From Nitrosopumilaceae archaeon (GTDB lineage Archaea; Thermoproteota; Nitrososphaeria; Nitrososphaerales; Nitrosopumilaceae): a stretch of DNA of 64,000 nucleotides. The notes beneath the pieces were generated by a model. The model saw nothing but the letters and a program-made list of their open reading frames with translations. It made no database searches and was not told where the DNA came from. Both the position numbers and the translations under genes were made by a program. Of this stretch, positions 40,848 through 50,639 are shown piece after piece. The stretch is taken from the NCBI GenBank assembly GCA_965207375.1, contig CBDBMG010000002.1, positions 544,001 to 608,000 of the forward strand. Reading direction: 5' to 3'. Within the stretch, counting starts at the first letter, position 1. The number at the start of each line of letters is the position of its first letter.

Positions 40848-42290
40848 ATGGCAGAACAGTACGTAGCAGAGTCAGTAAACAGCGCAGATTATAACAGAGA
40901 CACGAGTCCGCGTTCAAACGTAAGAATAATTTTAATTTGTCAGTTAACTGATCATTATCAGACGCCATTTTTAACGCATTATAGGCCTCTGCAGAAACTT
41001 CAGAATACACCGATAGCACACCCAATCGTTACTATCCTGGAAGATCCTTGGGCGGAACCCCTTTCCAACGATATCAACCTGACACAAACTATCGTACATA
41101 TCCATATGAGCACTGCCACAGTAACTATCCTTATCCGACGATTTATTCTGGAAACATCATTCCTGATTCTTGGCCTGAACCCGCCTTACATGAAACACTT
41201 ACAAAGATAATGAATAGCCAATCAGATATGAAAAACCTCATTGATACACTTTCATCACGTATAAATCATATTGAAAGTTCACTTTTGTCCCAATCTAGTA
41301 GTAGTGGTAGTAGCTCAACAGAAAAAGAAGTGCAAAGAGTTAGTCCTGAACTTTCTGTAAGTTTTTACTATATCATATGCATATGTGACTTAATGTACAT
41401 GGCTGTAGAAATTAATTCGACAGATTCATGAAAGTTTGGATGATAATGATCAATTTCAGCCTAGATTGGGGTTAGTCATTTTTATGCAATTATCTAATTG
41501 TGCAGTGAATATCAATCACTAGTTCAAGAGATGAACACAATCTTGCAGTAAAGCAACGAATTACAGAAGAAATCTTGATGAGGAAAGGAAATTGCTATAC
41601 ATCCAGTAATTCTGAAAGTATATTGTTTGTGATAGCCACGTATTTGTACTATAATATTCGATAGAGGGGATTCAGAGGTATTTTCAGTCTCGTCGCCGCA
41701 TTTGGAGAGAAAACAACACTGAGCAACCTGAGAGGTTGCAAAAACAAAATAGGAGTAGGAAACTGCGGTCTCGAAAAGTTCGGGTATGTTTCAAAATATG
41801 TGTAACTTTGTAAATCTTATAATTTTTTATTTTGATATAGTTATATAATCGTAGAAAAAAGGCTGTTCATGAGGGTGAAGAAGCTAGGCGGTTTGAAACA
41901 TTATCCATTGCTGATGAATCCAGTGATTCAGACAGTGCAACAGATAAGATGATAGTACACCGTCGTACTTGGCGTTCCAAAAGTAGCTACTCTTTACTCA
42001 TGTTACATAGCTACATGCATATTCTTTATGTTATAGCACTGAGTTTATTTCTTGAAGAACTAGATAAAAGGGTTGATGCCCAACAGAAGGATATGAAAAA
42101 GCATGTTCCCGAACGGAGAGTGAGAGTAATGGGGGAATCTACTGACAGGCAGCCTCCACCTGATGTGCCACAGTGGACGATAGATGCAGCATGGATGGAA
42201 GGTTATTTGCTCAATTACGTACTGTATATATAGCTACTTCCTTTTTAATTCAACATAGATCACCCAGATTACTTACAATCAACAGCTTAA
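40848..42290 (+). CDS. 8-exon C14orf93-like protein; probable accessory ORF of the CACTA-like element
   Basis: Exons at about 40848-40919, 40986-41356, 41409-41470, 41523-41616, 41665-41783, 41841-41982, 42037-42201 and 42259-42290 give a continuous frame: RYFQSRRR..RKLRSRKVRLYNRRKK..DESSD..HRRTWRSKTLSLFLEELDKR..RVMGE..PPPDVPQW. Confidence 0.72.
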
Positions 42291-42394
42291 CTGGAGAGTG
42301 GAGACACTTTCAATCTTGACACTTTCATTGATTTGTTTTATGATCATAAAAAATTGTATTTAATCAATGATTTATTATTACTGAATAAAGAATA

Positions 42395-42670
42395 AAGTTT
42401 ACTCAAGTGTAACAGCTAGTTTACTACATGGTGTATAAAAGTATATTTACAGTAAACCAACAGTTGCAGCATTGTGTTTTGTCAATTTCCTCTTAATTTA
42501 CTGTAGATTTTCTTGTTAGTTTACAAATGGTAAACTATCAGTAAATAAAATGTTCCAGACTGCTGGTTTACTTATAGTTTATTTGATAATTTACATTCAG
42601 TAAATTAAAGAGTAAACCTTGAAATTACTCAAGATTTACTTAGTAGTAAATCAGATGGTTTCAAGCAGTG
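42395..42670. mobile_element. Right end of the CACTA-like element: subterminal repeats and CACTG terminus
   Basis: More than ten direct or inverted TTTAC/GTAAA motifs, ending GGTTTCAAGCAGTG (CACTG on the minus strand); matching left end not found. Confidence 0.65.
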
Positions 42671-42671
42671 A

Positions 42672-42839
42672 TACTGTATACGTTAAAACAGTCAAGGGGG
42701 AAAACTTTCGCGGTTAGAGCAAAAATGAAAATTCGACAGGAAAACTTTCCCGGTAGAAGCTTCTTAAACTTTTGTGATTGAGCAAAAACCACGAAAACCG
42801 TGAAAGTTTTTCCCCTTGACTGTTTTGACGTATACGGTA
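42672..42839. mobile_element. Short Tc1/mariner-type MITE
   Basis: TACTGTATACGTTAAAACAGTCAAGGGG / CCCCTTGACTGTTTTGACGTATACGGTA inverted ends. Confidence 0.8.
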
Positions 42840-43201
42840 TATTGGTATGGTAATATAACTGATCTGAGATAATCACATACATCATTACTGCCACTATCTC
42901 AGGTACCCATTTCAGGGTTCTCCCTAGAATAAAAAAGTAGAGTGATAAAATTATCTCTTCACTACCAACACATATCCAGAAATTGGCGGTCACGGGTAGG
43001 CCACCACTAGATCAAGGTAGTGTAAAGCATGGTAGTAAGTTGTTTTCCAGGGCTGAGAAATCACGATGCCAATTTTGTCGTATGCATGGGCAAGTGAACT
43101 GGACACAGTGTAATGTCCAGATTGTTCATTTTTACCTGGCATCGGTTGGGACATTATTTGGAAATTTTAAGATTTGTACATTGTTCAACTTTAATGAAAT
43201 C

Positions 43202-43928
43202 AATGTTGTGTCTGTACGGCGACCATGCTTCGTGCGGGTCTTGTCGACAGTGTCGTGTAATATTGTGTCTGTCTGGTGACCATGCTTCGTGCGAGTCTTG
43301 TCGACAGTGTGTCATGTATTGTTGTGTCTGTCTGGCGACCATGCTTCGTGCGGGTCTTGTTGACAGTGTGTTGTGTAATGTTGTGTCTGTCTGGCGACCA
43401 TGCTTCGTGCGGGTCTTGTGGACAGTGTGTCGTGTAATGTTGTGTCTGTCTGGCGACCATGCTTCGTGCGGGTCTTGTTGACTGTGTATTGTGTAATGTT
43501 GTGTCTGTCTGGCGACCATGCTTCGTGCGGGTCTTGTCGACAGTGTGTCATTTGTTGTTGTGTCTGTCTGGTGACCATGCTTCGTGCTGGTATTGTCGAT
43601 AGTGTGTCATGTAATGTTGTGTCTGTCTGGCGACCATGCTTCGTGCTGGTATTGTCAATAGTGTGTCATGTAATGTTGTGTCTGTCTGGCGACCATGCTT
43701 TGTGCGGGTCTTGTCAACAGTGTATTATGTATTGTTGTGTCTGTCTGGTGACCATGGTTCGTGCTGGTATTGTCGATAGTGTGTCATGTAATGTTGTGTC
43801 TGTCTGGCGACCATGCTTTGTGTGGGTCTTGTCGACAGTGTGTCATGTATTGTTGTGTGTGTCTGGCGACCATGCTTTGTGCGGGTCTTGTTGACAGTGT
43901 GTCGTGTAATGTTGTGTCTGTCTAGCGA
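43202..43928. repeat. Minisatellite, 59-bp unit, about 12 copies
   Basis: Unit TGTGTCTGTCTGGCGACCATGCTTCGTGCGGGTCTTGTCGACAGTGTGTCGTGTAATGT; GACCATG recurs at 43221, 43278, then every 59 bp to 43868. Confidence 0.95.
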
Positions 43929-44089
43929 TTTTTGTCATATGTGTTTCTTCAATATATTTATAGGCTGCCAGTCATTAGAATGTGTCCTTTCCTGTGACCA
44001 GCATTTCTGCCAGTCATCAGAATTCAATAATTCTGTTGGTGCTTATTAATATTTTTGATGGAGAGCTCTAGCTTATCATCACATGGCTG

Positions 44090-44700
44090 CTGGACGATGA
44101 AATACATTGAAAGGGGTGATAATAATGGTAAAGTGTGATTGATAACTTTTGTTACTTCATTTGTTAATAATTCTTTGATAGAGATAATATATGAACACTG
44201 GATGAAGTATTTTGAAAAAGAAAAACTGGGTGATACGATTGCAAAATGTGAGTAGTCACTTTTGTCTGTTCTTTTGTTAGTAATTATTTTGATAGATATA
44301 AACACTGGATGAAGTACTTTGAAAAAGAAACTGGGTGATACGATGGCAAAATGTAAGCGGTCACTTTTGTATGTTCTTTTGTTAGTAATTATTTTGATAG
44401 ATATAAACACTGGATGAAGTACTTTGAAAAAGAAACTGGGTGATACGATTGCAAAATGTGAGTGGTCACTTTTGTATGTTCTTTTGTTAGTAATTATTTT
44501 GATAGATATGAACACACTGGATGAAGTACATACTGCGAAAACAAAATGGGCGATATGATTACAAAATGTAAGTGATTAATTTTCTTTGTTCTTTTGTTGA
44601 TCATTTTTGTTAATGGCCATATGGCCATAGGATGAAATCAGTGCTTCAAAAGAGAAACTTGTTGGATGGCAAAATGTGAGCAATATTATTTTGTTTTTAT
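44090..44700. repeat. Minisatellite, about 105-bp unit, 3 conserved copies plus degenerate ones
   Basis: ACACTGGATGAAGTA recurs near 44195, 44302, 44407 and 44514. Confidence 0.85.
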
Positions 44701-45206
44701 TCTGTTATTGTTACCACTTTTTATAGTGTTGCTTATGGAAAAGGAAGGCTGCTGACATGGATAAGAGCTGTAAACTAAACTAACCTTTTTATTTTTACAT
44801 TTGTACTGTTTAAAATCTTTATGTGGTGCGCTTTAAATGTAATCGTTAAATTTAGTAATCGCTAAAGGAATACATTATAGGTGAACGGTGAAGCTGTCAC
44901 GCCGTGTTTAATAATCGGATATTGAGCAAAACGTAACAAAATTGGAGTATCTCTTCGAGTATCTGTATGGTAATTCAAAGAAATACAAACCCTGAATCGG
45001 GCTAAGTCCGAATTTCATCTGTCCCACATCGGAATTATTCGGCGTACGTAAGTTTGTATTTTACAAGGTCTGTATGTGCCCGAATCGAGCGAAAAAATCG
45101 GGGTTAAACAATAGTATATCGGGTCCGAAATTTCGTTAGCGGTTTCCTGTGTTAGGTGTCTTAATGTTAAATGAAAAAATGTTTATAATAATCTTTTGAT
45201 ATGTAG

Positions 45207-46548
45207 GTACCATTAGGTGTCTTAATGTTAAATGAAAACAAAGGGGATGATATGATAAAGATTTTACAACATCTTCAGCGGTATATCCCTGTAAAGGAGA
45301 CTGAGGAGGATGTATATATCCCAAGTGAACAAAAATCGATCAGGAGACCTGTTGTTCTACAGCATAAAATATTGCTAGGAGGGGACCAATTGACAGTAGC
45401 ACGAACAAGAGGGGCTCAAATGGCTATGTGTAACGCAAAAACTGCAGATAAGAAATTGGAAGGCTTTATTCCAACAATACAAGATTGGCACACAAAAGTG
45501 GTTCTTATGGAGGTACGTTTTCATGCATGGTGTCCCATGTTTAAACACCATTATTTTTTGTGTAGGTGATATGGAAATACTTTTACAATGCTGACTCTAG
45601 TAGGGAACATGGTACTTTGTACCAGTTAAGGAATAAAATCAATCGTTCTGATGTTGTCAAGAATCCCAAATCAAACTTCAATGCTTGTGAGGATTTTCTT
45701 GAAATTGTTGTGAAAGCCCATATATTGAGTGCCGCTTTAAAAATACTTAAGATGTCCAACATTGAAGATCAGCCATCTGATAGTGTGATTGGGATTCCAT
45801 CATTAGAAAACCTATGGACATATCCAAATGACGAAAGAAAAGCTATCCTTCATTCAGTATGTGAAAAGATAGTGAACTTTATGAATTTTTCTTTTAATAC
45901 CCATCCCAATCTAACTACTAGAGACGATGAAGTACACAACTATGCTTGTAATTTTTTAAGCATAGGATCCTTCTATTTGGGATTTAAAGATGCTATAAAG
46001 GAAGGTGATGGCATGAGAGTTTTGGAATGTTGGCGTTACTTTCTGCCTGTATTCCACAATTCTGGTCGAAGAAATTATACCAAAGAAGCGTTTAACTTTT
46101 TAACTCAGTACCATCATGATCTGCCACCACAACAGGCTCAACAGCATTTGTCAACACCAGTGGAGTTAGGGGGAGAAATATTGCCTTAGATCTTCACCAG
46201 GAACACCTAAATAGACTCTGTAAGGACTGTGTTAAGGGTCTCGGTTCCAATAAAACAAAAGAAAACATTGTTCGCTGCAGCAAGGCTTTGGGTGTATTGG
46301 ACAAATTTTTAAGTAACTTTGATGAAAATAATAATGTGGCCAGTACAAGTGGGGCACATTTAACTCCTTCATATAAAGAAGATCTGTACTCAATCGTAGA
46401 TGAACTTAAGGAAGCTGATGTTTTCAGTATTATCTCAGGTAGAAAACACAAGTCTTTTGAAAAACCGAAGGATGTACTACACGCAAAGGATAAAGATGAA
46501 ATAGTCACATACGTGTCTGAACATTTGAAGCAAAAGTACCACATATAA
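45207..46548 (+). pseudogene. AcademH-type (DUF6589-like) transposase, 5'-truncated and frameshifted
   Basis: Exons 45207-45513 and 45566-46548: VPLGVLMLNENK, GGDQLTVAR, QDWH, GTLYQLRNKINR, DAIKEGDGMR, NYTKEA, then a frameshift near 46145 into FVNTSG..GRNIALDLHQEHLN. Confidence 0.82.
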
Positions 46549-47055
46549 TTATACTACAAAATCTTTGCTTTTAATTTTGCATAGTCCACATTTACAAAGG
46601 TCATAACATATATCACAGCACATGCACAAGCTTGTTGCCTTCAATATGTCTCCTTCAAAATTTGTGAATAGCATTTCCCTTCTACAATTAAATATATTTG
46701 TAGTGTAAGATTTCATGTCTTTCTCCAGTTGTGTTCTAGATTCCCCTGGAATAAGTAATAATACAGCTACTGACTGCATACCATCTCGTCCTGCTCGGCC
46801 AGTTTCTTGAATATATGATTCAACGTTATCAGGAGCTCCTATATGCACAATCTGATGAACATCTAGACAGTCTACTCCCATCCCAAAGGTGACAGTGGCT
46901 ATCACTATCCTTAAATGGAAGATTTACTGAAAGAATGAAGAATATGGTCCTTGATCTCAGGGTCAGTACAGCTGTGAAACATCTCAACTACTCGGTACTG
47001 TGTCAAATCCGGAGCATCCACAGGAACAGTGAAGTGAGCACCTAGCATATAGTGT
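46549..47055 (-). pseudogene. RecQ-like SF2 helicase C-terminal fragment of the AcademH element
   Basis: VEMFHSCT, an in-frame stop, IVIATVTFGMGVD, YIQETGRAGRDG (motif VI), CRR..CCDIC zinc site; convergent with the transposase. Confidence 0.85.
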
Positions 47056-48084
47056 AGGTGGCTAGACACCTTCAAAGCTAATCCCTTAGGGGATCCAGAC
47101 AGTTTACTTGATCCTACTAATGATGAGCTACAGGCTATATAAATTTTACACTGTACGTAACGTCTTAAATACGTAGGTCTGTCAGCTGTTTGTAGTGTGG
47201 ATAAATGCAATCATGACTATGACAAGGAAAGGTACGTACATATATTAATGCCATAATTATGCCAACTATATATACATCATTATAATATATAGCTATACAG
47301 AGTTTGTATATGCATACATATATTATACATTCTTTGTTTATAAACACATAGCTACAAAAAACCTACATATGGTGAAATGATAGATCTATTAACAGAAGTG
47401 GAACAACAATGCATCAATACTTAATTACCACATTATGTATTGCGATACACTGATGCATCATAGTATTGTCCCATCTCTATCTATGCTATTTTAGATCTAC
47501 AATTTTAAATTGTATTAATGTTTTGCTCTAATACAGAAACGAGTCTGGATTCACTATAATAGGTGTAATATTCCACCTATCTCACTATGGGCGCGTTGTG
47601 ACATCAATATATATGAAATGAAAAAAGAGGTCCTAAAAGACCAAGACACTATCTTTGCACATTTCTTACTTTATATGCAGAAATAGAGTCACAATGTAGA
47701 TTTTCTGTTAATAAAATAAACAAATATTGGAATAGTTTGTTCTTATAAGAAACAAACCATTTGAACATTCGTTAGTTTAAATAAGAGAATTTTCAAATGT
47801 GGAAATGTGCATTCATCCCACCACTAATTTGCATGGAGTGACAGTCATATGGTAAGCAAATTTACAGTACATAAATTTGCTTATAACTAGCTAATTACAT
47901 GACACATGGATATTCAACAATGGACTATTGAAACATCTGATGGGAGTAGGAGTGAGTATGTTGTCTAAGCTTTCTCTAGTAAAGACATTACTGATTTAAC
48001 ATTTCTGTCATAAGGTATCTAAGTACATACTCATTAAGCATATCCTGATTATGCCAGCATAATTTTAGGAATAATAGGGCATTG

Positions 48085-48500
48085 AGCATCCCCTTCAGAC
48101 ATAAGTGATCCAGAACATTTGACTCCAGCACATTTACTATTTGGCAGAAGGATTACATCCCTTCCACATCGTTATTGATCCTGACTATATGGAAAAACTG
48201 AGTCAGACCTGAGGAAAAGAGCTAAAACACAGGCACCGATATTCAAACATTTTTGGAAACGATGGTAACTAGAGTACCTAACATCACTCCGGGAATACCA
48301 TAAGACCAATGGCAACAATATCCAGCAAGTGAAGTTGTTTTGGTGCATGATGATACTCCAAGAATAAATAGGCAGTTGGCTGTTATTGAAGATGTTGTCA
48401 AGGGATTAGATAGATTGATTAGAGCAGCAAACATGCGCACCAACGCTGAAAGGATGAATCGTCCGATAGCACAATTGTATTGTATCCTCTGGAAGTTTAC
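48085..48500 (+). mobile_element. BEL/Pao LTR retrotransposon integrase C-terminal (DUF5641-like) remnant
   Basis: LTPAHLLFGRRITSLP, FWKRW*LEYLTSLRE, VLVHDDTPR, KGLDRLIRAA..RPIAQLY across frames. Confidence 0.8.
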
Positions 48501-49669
48501 TCTGCAGAACCTTTAAAGGCAATGAATATGGTTTCAGACACACCACAATTGAGTGATAAACTTGAGAAATTAGAGGAACAGACAACCAGTCATATGACCA
48601 ACCAGGGAGACAGCTATAAGAGCATATAAGAAATTTAGTGAATGTGCAAATACGTATGAGAAATAGAGTATCGATTTTGTGCCTGCATGCAAAAACACAC
48701 AGCTACTCTACTACATCAAATATACGTAAGTCAGAGACACAATAATATTATAATATTGTCACATGTAATATCTCTTTTGAGTCTTGTAGTTTATTTGTCA
48801 AGATTTAGTAGTGATTTCACAGTAGCTAAAACATATAATGTACACTAAATAACATGTATTATTTTCCAACCTACAGGTACTGAAGGAATCAAAGTTATAT
48901 GATTTCTGCAGCAAATGTGCATATTTATATGATAGCATTACAATGTTTTTTAACAAAGCCATTTTATTATAGTGTATGAATTGTTGTACTTTCAATAAAA
49001 TTAATTGCCCAGAAACAATGGTCAGGACTATGCGGGAACATTGTGGATGACATGCATTTGCTTTAGTGTGACAAATTTTGTTCAGTATATTCACATAATA
49101 TAATAATTTATTAAGTTTATTATTAGCCAAATTTTTAAAGTTTAATTTTGAAAAACTCAATTTTTAAAACTTTTAGTGCGTATTCAGGTAGAAGTGATTT
49201 ATTAATGCCTGGTTTCTTTTGTCCGGGAAGTCGGTATTGCAATTCCCACAGAAGAAACTACATGTATACCTGGAATCACCAAGGAAAGGATGATGGCATT
49301 CAATATCATCTTATCTAATAAGACAATTGGAAGGAAAGCAGCACTGCAAAAGATATTGTGGGGGTGTTTGGGGTCAATAAACTTTCTTAATCCTGTGAAG
49401 AAGGCAAAAAATGCCCAGAACAAGTCTCTAGATCCAGATTAATAACGGGTAATAATATTTTCACTAATAATTACTATATTATTCATGTTATTTTTCCTAT
49501 ACCAGAGATATGGGGAAAGCTGTGTTGATCTGAGACCAAAATCCATAAACTAAATTACTGAATGGGAGGGAAGTATGTAATAGTTACGTAGTTACATTTA
49601 TTCTATTGTATGCCCTCTTTAACTTTTGATCACGTGATTTGCCTCGTGCTGATACACCTTGCCTTCCAG

Positions 49670-50035
49670 TGTTACAGTTGTAAACATTTCACTGTCGCTG
49701 TGTTTATTCTTGGTTTACAGTGTACCTCGCAGCATTGGGTGCATTTAATACTCGGTTTAATGCAACTGGTGAGTCATTTTGTGGCTGCATTATATTCTCT
49801 GGTAAGTTGTAAACATTTCACCGTCACTGCGTTTATTCTTGGTATACAGTGTACCTCGCAGTGTATGTTGGGTGCGTTTAATACTCGTTTTAATACAACT
49901 GGTGACAGTCTTTTCTCTGGTAAGTTGTAAACGTTTTTCGCTGTTGCTGTTTATTCTTTGTGTATAGTGTATTTATTTGAACAAGGTTACCTTCCCACTG
50001 TCACTGTGTTTATTGTTGGTGTATAGTGTATCTTA
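49670..50035. repeat. Degenerate tandem repeat (about 120-bp unit, 3-4 copies)
   Basis: AGTTGTAAAC..TTTATTCTTGGT.TACAGTGTACCTCGCAG recurs near 49676, 49805 and 49923. Confidence 0.7.
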
Positions 50036-50263
50036 ACCAAAACACCCTGGTTATAAAAAGTAGCAGCCAAGAACTAAAAAGGCCAGCATCAAAAAAGTGA
50101 AATCAAAATGGGAGACCAAGGCCTGGTACTGATGGAAATAATTTATAATCACAATTCAGGCTGCAAAAATATTTTACTATGTTCGACCTTGTAATTTAAG
50201 TCTTTAAAGTGACAAACTTGTACAAATGATTTTTGTCATTGAAAATGTACAGTATCAGCTGCC

Positions 50264-50373
50264 TAGTCTCGCAAGCCAGACCCAATTTATGTGCAGGCCC
50301 TTATCAATTAGAGATAAGTGCATCTCTAATCGATAAGGCCCTGCTCGTAAATTGGGTCTGATTTGTGAGATTA
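50264..50373. mobile_element. 110-bp palindromic MITE with 10-bp TSD (AcademH-type)
   Basis: TAGTCTCGCAAGCCAGACCCAATTTA ... TAAATTGGGTCTGATTTGTGAGATTA; ATCAGCTGCC duplicated at 50254-50263 and 50374-50383. Confidence 0.8.
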
Positions 50374-50639
50374 ATCAGCTGCCTACAATTTATCAGTACA
50401 TGGACTACAAAGGAATATTCTCCATAGGAAATGTATCATAAAAATCCCTTGTTTTATAGCCTATCAGAGCGCTTCTTTTATTGTTGTTTGTATTTGAAGG
50501 GCTTCAAGACTATAAAATTTGATAACATAGAGGGAAATGACCCAAGCATGATATACTTGTTATTAGACTGAGGCATAGCTGAGGTCATTGGTGTTTGTAT
50601 CCAGCAGCTGCATTATTTTATTTTGTTGCCTGTATGTTG

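Larger units (their letters stand above)
42960..45151 (+). mobile_element. 3' remnant of a piggyBac-like element (Cys-rich C-terminus, two minisatellites, subterminal ATCGG/CCGAA motifs)
   Basis: KSRCQFCRMHGQVNWTQ, frameshift, CPDCSFLP resembles the piggyBac cysteine-rich domain; probable end ...GGTTTCCTGTG at 45151. Confidence 0.45.

Noticed and set aside
43202-43928. CRISPR-like array
   Set aside because: Units are contiguous 59-bp tandem copies without unique spacers, there are no cas genes, and the context is eukaryotic.
43113-44515. Cys/Val-rich and His/Thr-rich ORFs in the track
   Set aside because: They are translations of the minisatellites in several frames on both strands.
45100-45107. 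Canonical piggyBac right end GGG-TTAA
   Set aside because: Subterminal-like motifs continue to 45151 and no matching left end is visible; left unresolved.
46549-47055. Host RecQ/BLM/WRN gene
   Set aside because: Truncated, has an in-frame stop, and abuts an Academ-type transposase, so it is transposon-borne.
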